DNA from: Actinomycetes bacterium
GTDB taxonomy: Bacteria; Bacillota; Sulfobacillia; Sulfobacillales; JAIMBI01
Assembly: GCA_023565505.1 (NCBI GenBank)
Contig: JAIMBI010000006.1
Coordinates: 3,885 to 67,884, forward strand
DNA: 64,000 nucleotides
Reading direction: 5' to 3'
The notes below the pieces were generated by a model. The model saw only the letters and a program-made list of their open reading frames with translations. It ran no database searches and was not told the DNA's origin. Position numbers and translations under genes: made by a program. How positions within the stretch are numbered: the stretch's first letter is position 1; each line of letters starts with the position of its first letter. Positions 15,063-22,895 of this stretch are shown one piece after another.

Positions 15063-15827
15063 GTGCAAGACACAAGGGACGCGTGGATCCGGGCCATCCG
15101 CGAGGCCGGCCGACGCTGGGGCGTGCTTCTGGAGGACGCGGCGTGCCGGCGCATCCTCGCGCATTGGGAAATGGTTCGAGCGGCGCAGGACCGGATGAAC
15201 CTGACGTCCCTGCGCGGCAAGGCCGCGCTGTACCGCTTGGTGGTCGACAGTCTGTCGGCATTATGGGTTTACCGGGGAGAAGAACCGGCGGTGGATGTCG
15301 GGAGTGGGGCAGGGTACCCCGGAATGGTGTTGGCGGCCGTGTTTCCTGAGGCGGAGTGGACTTTGGTGGAGGCCCGTCACAAGCGCGCGGGGTTCCTGGC
15401 CGAGGCGGCGAACAGGTTGGGGATGCAGAAGGTTCGCATCGTGGCGGAACGGGCGGAAGAGCTGGCGCGTCGGGAGCGGGGGCGTTATCGTTTCGCCGTC
15501 GCCAGAGCCGTGGGGAATCTGCCGCTGGTGGCCGAGCTGACCTTGCCCCTCCTGGGGGTCGGGGGTCGGCTGCTGGCGATGCGGGGGCCGGAAGGCGCCC
15601 AGGAGGTTGCCGAGGCCCAGGGCGCTGTGGCGGAACTGGGGGGCAGGATTGAAGGACAGTATGCCTTCGAGCTGCCGGAGGCCGAGGGACGAAGGGTGCT
15701 GGTGTTGATCCGAAAAGAATCGCCCACGGACCCGCGGTATCCGCGGCGGGGAGGTGCCCTCGGGCGGTTCCACGGGCGGCCGGGCGCCGCGAAGGGCGAC
15801 CGTCCGGTCACCGGGGGAAGTACGTAA
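15063..15827 (+). CDS. rsmG: 16S rRNA m7G527 methyltransferase
   Basis: MNLTSL, DSL, DVGSGAGYPG, RAEE, ARAV, YPRR. Confidence 0.93.
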   Translation: MQDTRDAWIRAIREAGRRWGVLLEDAACRRILAHWEMVRAAQDRMNLTSLRGKAALYRLVVDSLSALWVYRGEEPAVDVGSGAGYPGMVLAAVFPEAEWTLVEARHKRAGFLAEAANRLGMQKVRIVAERAEELARRERGRYRFAVARAVGNLPLVAELTLPLLGVGGRLLAMRGPEGAQEVAEAQGAVAELGGRIEGQYAFELPEAEGRRVLVLIRKESPTDPRYPRRGGALGRFHGRPGAAKGDRPVTGGST

Positions 15828-15968
15828 GGGCCGGAGAAATGTCGTGCTGGGCGCGGCGAGATACTGGAACCGCATGGAATTCGCGCCATAATCGAGGAAG
15901 GAGACAGTGACCCACCGGGAGGTGCAGGTCCGGACCGCCCGCGGGCGATGGGGCGGGACGGACACGCG

Positions 15969-16730
15969 ATGGGACGGGTACTGGCCGTAGCGAACCAGAA
16001 GGGCGGGGTCGGGAAAACCACCACCGTCATCAATTTGAGCGCGTATCTCGCCGACGCGGGGAAGCGGGTTCTTGCCGTGGACATCGACCCGCAGGGCAAC
16101 ACAACGACGGGTCTGGGCATCGACAAGGGTGCCTGCGAGGCGTCCGTCTATGACCTGCTCCTCGGACAAGCACCGGTCATGGATGCGGTCGTCCCTACCG
16201 ACGTTCCCGGGCTTCATGTGATCCCTGCCACCCTGGATTTGGCCGGAGCGGAGATCGAGCTGGTTTCCGCCGAGCGGCGGGAGCTGCGGCTGGCCGACGC
16301 GCTGGCTCCCATCCGTGAACGTTACGATTTCGTGTTCGTGGACTGTCCGCCGTCTCTCGGTCTGTTGACCGTCAACGCCTTGGCAGCGGCGAACGGGGTG
16401 ATGATCCCCATCCAGTGCGAATTCTTCGCGCTGGAAGGGCTGTCCCAGCTGCTGGAAACGGTGGACTTGGTCCGCCGGCGGCTCAACGCCGGGCTGGTGC
16501 TGGAGGGTATCGTGCTGACGATGTTCGACGCCCGGACGAACCTGTCCCAGCAGGTGGCGCGGGAGGTTCAGGAACACTTCGGGGCCAAGGTGTTCCGGGC
16601 CGTGGTGCCCCGCTCGGTGCGTCTGAGCGAGGCTCCGAGCCACGGGCTGTCCATTATGCAGTACGATCCCAAGTCACGGGGAGCGCTGGTCTATCAGGAC
16701 CTCGCGCGGGAGGTAATGGCACATGGCTAA
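15969..16730 (+). CDS. parA: ParA/Soj ATPase
   Basis: NQKGGVGKTT, DIDPQGN, DCPPSLG, QCEFFALEG, SEAPSHG. Confidence 0.97.
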   Translation: MGRVLAVANQKGGVGKTTTVINLSAYLADAGKRVLAVDIDPQGNTTTGLGIDKGACEASVYDLLLGQAPVMDAVVPTDVPGLHVIPATLDLAGAEIELVSAERRELRLADALAPIRERYDFVFVDCPPSLGLLTVNALAAANGVMIPIQCEFFALEGLSQLLETVDLVRRRLNAGLVLEGIVLTMFDARTNLSQQVAREVQEHFGAKVFRAVVPRSVRLSEAPSHGLSIMQYDPKSRGALVYQDLAREVMAHG

Positions 16731-17592
16731 GGCTCGCGGCCTCGGGCGCGGTCTGGCATCGCTGATTCCGGACCGGGGCACGGGACGTCCCGAGGAGCGG
16801 GGTCCAGCGAAGATCCCGGTGGCGTCGATCGACCCCAACCCATCCCAGCCCCGTCAGGTGTTCGACGAAGAAAGCCTGCGCAAACTGGCGGAGTCGATCC
16901 GGCTCCACGGGATGTTGCAGCCCGTACTCGTGCGGCCGGTCGGGGACCGGTACCAGCTGGTGGTCGGCGAACGGCGATGGCGGGCGGCCCAACTGGCGGA
17001 GCTGACGGAGGTCCCGGCCATTGTCGGGGAGTGGGACGATCGCCAAGTCATGGAACTGGCTCTGGTGGAAAATCTGGAGCGGGAGGACCTGAACCCCATC
17101 GAGGAGGCGGAAGCGCTGAACCGTTTGGTTCAGGAGTTCGCCTGGACGCAAGAGGAGGTCGCGCAACGGGTGGGACGGTCGCGGCCGCACGTGGCCAACT
17201 ACCTGCGCCTCCTTCAGCTGGGGCCGGAAGTTCGAGGTTTGGTTGCCGCGGGGGAACTCAGCGTCGCGCACGCGAAGGTGTTGTTGGGGATCCCGGATCC
17301 GGAACGGACGGAAGTGGCGCGGCGATGTGTGCGTGAAGGATGGACGGTCAGGGATCTCGAGCGATTCCTGCGGCGTCGCGAGGGGGAACCCCCAGCCAAG
17401 GCGGATCGGGATGTCCATCTGATAGAGTGGGAGGAGCGGCTGCGCCGGCGGTTCGGTACCAAGGTCCTGGTGAAGGGTTCCGCGGAACGAGGACGGATTG
17501 TCATTCCGTACGCCTCGTTGGAGGAGCTGGAACGTCTGCTTGGCCTGTTGGAAAGCGATGGAGAAGGGGAAGCCCATGGATTTGTCGTGTGA
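16723..17592 (+). CDS. parB: ParB/Spo0J
   Basis: GLGRGL, NPSQPR, GERRWRAA, EN..REDL, HTH RSRPHVANYLRL. Confidence 0.97.
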   Translation: MAKARGLGRGLASLIPDRGTGRPEERGPAKIPVASIDPNPSQPRQVFDEESLRKLAESIRLHGMLQPVLVRPVGDRYQLVVGERRWRAAQLAELTEVPAIVGEWDDRQVMELALVENLEREDLNPIEEAEALNRLVQEFAWTQEEVAQRVGRSRPHVANYLRLLQLGPEVRGLVAAGELSVAHAKVLLGIPDPERTEVARRCVREGWTVRDLERFLRRREGEPPAKADRDVHLIEWEERLRRRFGTKVLVKGSAERGRIVIPYASLEELERLLGLLESDGEGEAHGFVV

Positions 17593-17608
17593 TGTTCCTT
17601 GAGGAACA
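17593..17608. promoter_or_regulatory. parS-like site 1 (variant)
   Basis: TGTTCCTTGAGGAACA immediately after the parB stop; outer arms match TGTTNCACGTGAAACA. Confidence 0.7.
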
Positions 17609-17645
17609 TTTGTCGGGTGAGTAGCCGGGGTTTACGGCCCGGAGA

Positions 17646-17661
17646 TGTTCCTTGAGGAACA
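17646..17661. promoter_or_regulatory. parS-like site 2 (identical variant)
   Basis: Second exact copy of TGTTCCTTGAGGAACA, 53 bp downstream. Confidence 0.7.
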
Positions 17662-18362
17662 TTGTCTATCTCTATCCGTCACTCCTGAACGGGCTGACCA
17701 TCCTTCTGGGAACCGCCGCAGGGGCCGCTTTCTCCCGCGTCCCGCCCCGGATCCGCGAAACCGCGCTGCAGGGTGCGGGGCTGTTTGTCTTGCTGCTCGG
17801 CGCGCAAATGGCCCTCCACATGGCCCGTCCCCTCAATGCCTTGCTTGCCATGGCCCTCGGTGCGGCCGTCGGCGAGGGCCTCAACCTCGAGGCGGGGATC
17901 TCCCGCCTGGCCGGGTGGGCTAAAAAACGCCTCGGGGGAACGGCGACGGCCGAAGCGTTCGTGGCCTCCGCGATCCTCTTCGATGTGGGTGCGCTGGCGA
18001 TCGTGGGCAGCATCCAGGCCGGTCTCGGGCAGACTCCCGTCTTGCTTCTCACGAAGTCCGTGCTCGATGGCATCTCGGCCGTGCTGCTGAGCGCCACTTT
18101 GGGATGGGGTGTCGCGGCCTCCGCGCCCCTGACCGCCCTGTACGAAGGATCGGTGACCGTGCTGGCCGGGCCCCTCGTCCCCGTGTTCCGGCCAACCGTC
18201 CTCCAGGACTTCGACGTCGTGGGCGGCCTAATCGTATCGGCCATCGGGATCGGCTTCATCTGGCGCCCTCCGCCCCTGAAGGTCGTCACCCTGCTGCCGG
18301 CTCTCCCGCTGGCCGTGATCCTGGGTTGGGCCGGCGCCTGGCTGCACATCACCTTTCTGTAA
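17652..18362 (+). CDS. DUF554 family membrane protein
   Basis: N..TIL.G, VGALAIVGSIQAGL, KSVLDGISA motifs; multiple TMs. Confidence 0.85.
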   Translation: MRNIVYLYPSLLNGLTILLGTAAGAAFSRVPPRIRETALQGAGLFVLLLGAQMALHMARPLNALLAMALGAAVGEGLNLEAGISRLAGWAKKRLGGTATAEAFVASAILFDVGALAIVGSIQAGLGQTPVLLLTKSVLDGISAVLLSATLGWGVAASAPLTALYEGSVTVLAGPLVPVFRPTVLQDFDVVGGLIVSAIGIGFIWRPPPLKVVTLLPALPLAVILGWAGAWLHITFL

Positions 18363-18378
18363 CGGAGGTAAAACACGG

Positions 18379-18876
18379 GTGCTTCTCTCCACGTCCCAGA
18401 TCGCGTACGTCGGCGTCGCCGCCGCGGCCGCCGCCTCCGTCGCGCTCGTCCTGGCCATCCTGGCTGCCGCCTCCATGTCCCGGGTGACGCGGCGGCTCGA
18501 CCGCGCACTTGGCGCCGCCGGAGCTGACGAGTCCCTCGAAGAACGGCTCGCCCAGGCCCACGCCGCCCTGGCCGCCGCCACTGAGCGCGTGAGTCAGCTC
18601 GAGCGCCGGGTCAGCGAGCTCGAGGCCCTGACGCCCCACGCCCTCAGCCGAGTGGGGCTGGTGCGCTTCAATCCCTTCGACGACACCGGGGCTGACCTGT
18701 CCTTTGCGGTCGCTCTCCTCAACGACCGGAGCAACGGCGTCATCCTGACCAGCCTGTGGGGTCGCGACGAAGTCCGCGTATATGCAAAGCCCGTCGCCAA
18801 CGGCGATAGCACCCACCCCCTGAGCCCGGAAGAACGCCAGGCGCTGGAACTGGCCCGGCGCCAACGGCGACACTGA
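18379..18876 (+). CDS. DUF4446 family protein
   Basis: N-terminal TM, coiled coil, VRFNPFDDTGADLSFAVALL...YAKP...LSPEE. Confidence 0.85.
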   Translation: MLLSTSQIAYVGVAAAAAASVALVLAILAAASMSRVTRRLDRALGAAGADESLEERLAQAHAALAAATERVSQLERRVSELEALTPHALSRVGLVRFNPFDDTGADLSFAVALLNDRSNGVILTSLWGRDEVRVYAKPVANGDSTHPLSPEERQALELARRQRRH

Positions 18877-18928
18877 CCGTCTCCCCGCCCGCCCGGGGCA
18901 CTATACATCGCTTGGGAGGGAAACACCG

Positions 18929-19894
18929 ACGCGGCGGGCGGGTTGGATTCAAGCGGGGCTGGCCTTCGCGGGAGCGGTCATCGGCGCAGGCTTCGCCAGC
19001 GGCCAGGAAATCTATCAGTTCTTCGCCCGGCACGGAGCAGGCGGCGCATGGGGCCTCGGCCTGGCTGCCGCCCTTTTCCTGGTGATCGGCCAGCGCGCGT
19101 TCGAGGCCGGTAGACGGGGACAGGACACGGTGGCGAGCCTTTTGACGCTCCACTATCCTCCCCCGTGGCGGGCAGCCCTGGAAGCTGTCCTCGCCCTCCT
19201 CCCGGCGCTGAGTTTGGCCCTGGCCGCCACTGTGGGCAGCGAAATCCTCCGGTTGTGGTTTGGCGTCCCGTGGTGGCTGGGCGGACTCCTGACTCTCGGG
19301 CCGGCTGTGCTGCTGGCCGCCATGGGGATCGGGGTGGTGACGGCGACGAACGCCATCATCCTCCCTTTCCTCCTCGCCGTGACGGTGCTGATTGCCCTGC
19401 AAGGAGGCACCGGGACGCCGACCGCGGCCGGAACCCCGGAATGGATCGGCTCGGCCGTCGTATACGCCTCCTACAATCTTTTTCTCAGCCTCGGCGTGAC
19501 ATTGGGCGCAGGACGTTCCTTGGTCAACCCGGGAGACTCCTGGAAGGCAGCTGGCCTCTCCATGTTGGTGACGTTCGCTACCGCCGCCGTCCTGTACCGT
19601 GCTCTTCTCGGCACCTCCGAAACCGCCATCCCCCTTTGGCCTGCCGCGACGGCCCTGGGTGACCCCTGGCCGCACCTCTACGCCGGCGCTCTCTTCGCCG
19701 CCTTGTTCGGCAGCGCCACTGCTCAGGCCTACCTCATCGTGTCGCGCCACGGCCCGTGGGCGGGTCTCGCAACACTCCTTCTCGTCTTGACCGCACCGCT
19801 CGGCCTGCCGGCCCTGGTGCGCCACGGCTATCCCCTGTTCGGCATACTGGCGGTGCCCTTTTGGCTGCCGCTCCTCTCCGCCCGAGGGCGCTGA
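18929..19894 (+). CDS. YkvI-like membrane protein
   Basis: In-frame GAVIGAGFASGQEIYQFF signature lies upstream of the ORF-track start 19082; GGGAGG at 18914 is followed by ACG at 18929. Confidence 0.75.
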   Translation, partial: TRRAGWIQAGLAFAGAVIGAGFASGQEIYQFFARHGAGGAWGLGLAAALFLVIGQRAFEAGRRGQDTVASLLTLHYPPPWRAALEAVLALLPALSLALAATVGSEILRLWFGVPWWLGGLLTLGPAVLLAAMGIGVVTATNAIILPFLLAVTVLIALQGGTGTPTAAGTPEWIGSAVVYASYNLFLSLGVTLGAGRSLVNPGDSWKAAGLSMLVTFATAAVLYRALLGTSETAIPLWPAATALGDPWPHLYAGALFAALFGSATAQAYLIVSRHGPWAGLATLLLVLTAPLGLPALVRHGYPLFGILAVPFWLPLLSARGR

Positions 19895-20055
19895 CCGCCC
19901 GCAACCTCGGCAGGCCGGGCCGTGCCCGGCGTCCTGCCGTCGGATCTTGCCGTCCGAATCCCGTGGACCTGGACCCATAGACCGGCTATGCTGGGCCTAG
20001 GACGGTAGAGGCGCCTCCGCCCGGACGGCGAATCCGTCGAAGGAGGGACGCTGGA

Positions 20056-20394
20056 TTGCTGCCGAGAGCATTGGGCTGGACGGTCTCCCTGGTCCTGCCT
20101 GCAGCTGCGGCCTGGTGGGCTTCGGCTCGGCTGCCCGCCCTGCCGCTCGCCGCGCGCTTCGTGGCGCTCTTCCTCGTCCCTCTCACCGCCGGCTATCTCG
20201 GCGTCCTCCTGCGCGAACCCGTGCTGGCCGTAGGGTGGTGGGCCCGGGACCTGCTGCTGGCTACCGTGATGGCGCTCGCCGCCTGGGCTTTCCAAGCGTT
20301 CCTCCTCCGCGAAGGGGGCGGCGCGGTTGATCCGGCCCTCCTGGCAGCCCTGAGCGCGTACCTCCTGGTCTTCTGGCCGGTGATGCGGACGTGA
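20056..20394 (+). CDS. small hypothetical membrane protein
   Basis: About 4 hydrophobic segments; GGAGG RBS; stop overlaps next gene. Confidence 0.65.
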   Translation: MLPRALGWTVSLVLPAAAAWWASARLPALPLAARFVALFLVPLTAGYLGVLLREPVLAVGWWARDLLLATVMALAAWAFQAFLLREGGGAVDPALLAALSAYLLVFWPVMRT

Positions 20395-20981
20395 CGCTGA
20401 ACTGGTTGACCATCGCCGTGTTGGTCTACCTCGCCCTCGGGGCTTTGTCGGGATGGCGGCGCGGCGTCGTCCTCGTCGCGTTCAGCCTCGCCGGCTACCT
20501 TGCGGGCTTGGCGCTGGCGGCGCGATACCAGTCGACCCTCACGGCCGCCTTGATGCGCACGTTGCCGGTGGACCGCTGGCTGGCGACCGCCTTCGCCAGC
20601 CCAGCCCTACAATCGCCGGGAGCGCTTCCGGCCGCCGAAAACCTGGCTCACCTCCTCATCGCCGTCTTGGTGTTCCTGCTGATGGTGGGTGCGGTGGAGC
20701 TGATTGCCCGAATGATCGGAGAAGGAGTGACCCGGGCCATCCACTACCTTCCCCTCGTCGGCGGTGCGAACCGCCTCGCCGGCCTGGCCGGAGGACTTAT
20801 TGAGAACGCTGCGGTGGCGGGGCTGATCCTGGGATTGGTCCTGTCCTTGCCGCCGGTGGCGCATACTCCTATCGCCCCTGCCATCCGCCATACCCCCTTG
20901 GCGTACGACCTCGCCCAATGGATGGGCCGGTTGGCGAACTGGCCCGCCCAGCACTGGCTCAACCTCAGTGCCGGATTGTGA
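20391..20981 (+). CDS. CvpA family membrane protein
   Basis: G..RG start motif and NRLAGLAGG motif typical of CvpA. Confidence 0.8.
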   Translation: MTLNWLTIAVLVYLALGALSGWRRGVVLVAFSLAGYLAGLALAARYQSTLTAALMRTLPVDRWLATAFASPALQSPGALPAAENLAHLLIAVLVFLLMVGAVELIARMIGEGVTRAIHYLPLVGGANRLAGLAGGLIENAAVAGLILGLVLSLPPVAHTPIAPAIRHTPLAYDLAQWMGRLANWPAQHWLNLSAGL

Positions 20982-21027
20982 GGCGATCGACCCGAAGAGC
21001 TTCCTGAATCGAGGGGGAGAAGCGGCG

Positions 21028-21249
21028 ATGGACCGTAGACGTTATGCTTTGGGCATGATCGTCCAGTTGAGGAAGCCCCATCCCTGCGGGACCGACCGCT
21101 GGGAGATCACCCGAACGGGGATCGACTTCGGTCTGAAGTGCCTCGGGTGCGGTCACCGGATCATGATTCCGCGTGCCAAGTTTGAGCGCGCTGTCAAAGC
21201 CGTCCTCACAGAGGGTGGTGCCGACAGCTCTGCCGCCCCCGGCGGTTGA
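21028..21249 (+). CDS. DUF951 family protein
   Basis: LRKPHPCG..RWEI.R.G.D..LKC.GCGH.IM.PR.KFE. Confidence 0.92.
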   Translation: MDRRRYALGMIVQLRKPHPCGTDRWEITRTGIDFGLKCLGCGHRIMIPRAKFERAVKAVLTEGGADSSAAPGG

Positions 21250-21274
21250 ACGAGTCCCTTGCCTCGTCTATAAT
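21246..21274 (+). promoter_or_regulatory. sigmaA promoter of rpsF-ssb-rpsR
   Basis: TTGAAC-17 nt-TATAAT. Confidence 0.75.
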
Positions 21275-21279
21275 CGTCC

Positions 21280-21368
21280 TGTTCGGCCACCAGGTCGGCA
21301 TCTTTCCCGCCCCACCTGCGGGTGGGGCCACCCTCGGAGCACCGGGGGCGCCCATGGGAGGAGGTGAA
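21280..21368 (+). ncRNA. structured rpsF leader, possible S6:S18 autoregulatory RNA
   Basis: Hairpins (GCCCCACC/GGTGGGGC) and a CCC just before the GGAGGAGGTGA RBS; position typical of the S6:S18 leader. Confidence 0.4.
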
Positions 21369-21372
21369 TGGT

Positions 21373-21666
21373 TTGGCTCAATACGAGCTGATGTATATCC
21401 TTCGGCCCGACCTTGACGAAGAACACCTTCAGGGGGCCATCGACCGGATCAACCAGCAGATCGTCGCGGCCGGGGGAACCGTCGAGAAGACGGACAGGTG
21501 GGGCCGGCGCCGGCTGGCGTACCCCATCGCCAAGCGCGACGAGGGCTACTACGTCGTCACGACGTTTCAGGGCACCGGTACCATCGCCAACGACATAACC
21601 CATTTGCTCAACATTGCCGAGGACGTGATGCGCTCCATCGTCGTGCGCCTAGACGATCGCGACTAG
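21373..21666 (+). CDS. rpsF: 30S ribosomal protein S6
   Basis: YELMYILRP, WGRRRLAYPI, EGYY. Confidence 0.97.
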   Translation: MAQYELMYILRPDLDEEHLQGAIDRINQQIVAAGGTVEKTDRWGRRRLAYPIAKRDEGYYVVTTFQGTGTIANDITHLLNIAEDVMRSIVVRLDDRD

Positions 21667-21686
21667 GCGGGAACGCGGAGGCGGAA

Positions 21687-22070
21687 ATGCTCAATCGCGT
21701 GATTCTCATCGGGCGGCTCACACGCGACCCTGAACTCCGGGTGACCAGCCAGTCCGGAGTATCCGTGGCGACGTTCACCGTGGCGGTGGACCGCCCATAC
21801 CAGTCCCAGGGTCAAAGGGAGACCGATTTCATCGACTGTGTGGCGTGGCGTCGCTTGGCCGAGACCGTCGCCGAGCACATGCGCAAGGGCCGTTTAGTGG
21901 CCGTGGAAGGACGTCTGCAGATCCGCACGTACGAAACCCAGGACGGCCAGCGCCGTCGTGTGGCCGAGGTGGTCGCGGACGACGTGCGGTTTCTGGACCG
22001 CCCGCGCGAAGGGGCACCGCCTGCCGCCGCCGACGACGATGTGCCCCTGCCGGACGACCTGCCCTTCTGA
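21687..22070 (+). CDS. ssb: single-stranded DNA-binding protein
   Basis: MLNRVILIGRLTRDPELR, VEGRLQ.R.Y, C-terminal DDLPF. Confidence 0.98.
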   Translation: MLNRVILIGRLTRDPELRVTSQSGVSVATFTVAVDRPYQSQGQRETDFIDCVAWRRLAETVAEHMRKGRLVAVEGRLQIRTYETQDGQRRRVAEVVADDVRFLDRPREGAPPAAADDDVPLPDDLPF

Positions 22071-22139
22071 AACCGGGCTGTTCGGAAGCCCGGGGGACAG
22101 GATCAGCACAGGCTCCTACGCTTGCTAGGGAGGGAAGGT

Positions 22140-22370
22140 ATGCGCAAGGAACGCGGTCGCCGACCCAAAAAGAAAGTCTGTTCGTTTTGCGTGGACAAGA
22201 TCGAGCGCGTAGACTTCAAGGAGGTTCCCCGCCTCAGGCGATTCATCAGTGAGCGCGGGAAAATGCTTCCGCGCCGCGTGTCGGGCAACTGTGCCAAGCA
22301 TCAGCGCCAACTCACGGTTGCCATCAAGCAGGCCCGGATCATGGCGCTCCTGCCCTTCACGGTGGAGTGA
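22140..22370 (+). CDS. rpsR: 30S ribosomal protein S18 (Zn-binding type)
   Basis: [34 protein letters not shown]. Confidence 0.98.
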   Translation: MRKERGRRPKKKVCSFCVDKIERVDFKEVPRLRRFISERGKMLPRRVSGNCAKHQRQLTVAIKQARIMALLPFTVE

Positions 22371-22373
22371 GAG

Positions 22374-22401
22374 CGGGGGAGCGTCCGACGCTCCCCCGTT
22401 T
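22374..22401 (+). terminator. hairpin after rpsR
   Basis: CGGGGGAGCGT-CCG-ACGCTCCCCCG followed by TTT. Confidence 0.6.
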
Positions 22402-22454
22402 GCTCTCCGGGCCGAGATCGTGCGCGCGTTTGGCTAAGGGTGGAGGTTCCGACC

Positions 22455-22895
22455 ATGGAAGTGATTCTGCTCCAGGACGTTGCCGGAGTCGGTCGGCGCG
22501 GCGAGATCAAAGTGGTCAAGGACGGGTACGCGCGCAATTATCTCTTACCCCGTAAGCTGGCGGAAGAAGCGACTCCCGGACGTATCCAGGAGCTCCGCCA
22601 GCGCGAACAGGCCCAGGAAGCCCGAGCGCGCCGGCGCAAAGCGGAAGCGGAAGCCCTGGCGGCCCGCATGAAGGGCATGGTCCTGCCCATCCCCGTGCGT
22701 GTCGGCGAATCGGGGCGCCTGTTCGGTTCCGTGACCAGCGCGGATGTCGCGGAGGCCCTCGGCCGGATGGGCTTTGCGGTCGACCGGAAACAGCTCCGCA
22801 TGGAACCTCTGAAAACCTTGGGCGACCACACCGTCGAGGCCCACCTCTACGAAGGGGTGAACGCGACCATAACGGTGCGGGTGATCCCGCAATGA
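22455..22895 (+). CDS. rplI: 50S ribosomal protein L9
   Basis: MEVILLQDV, VKDGYARNYLLP, GRLFGSVT. Confidence 0.97.
   Translation: MEVILLQDVAGVGRRGEIKVVKDGYARNYLLPRKLAEEATPGRIQELRQREQAQEARARRRKAEAEALAARMKGMVLPIPVRVGESGRLFGSVTSADVAEALGRMGFAVDRKQLRMEPLKTLGDHTVEAHLYEGVNATITVRVIPQ

Noticed and set aside
17591-17663. Two-repeat mini-CRISPR (20-bp repeat, 33-bp spacer)
   Set aside because: Only two copies, no cas genes, and the palindrome matches parS arms directly after parB.
19040-19060. Suspected frameshift in the YkvI-like gene
   Set aside because: Re-reading shows GCA TGG GGC CTC is in frame; only the start codon is atypical.
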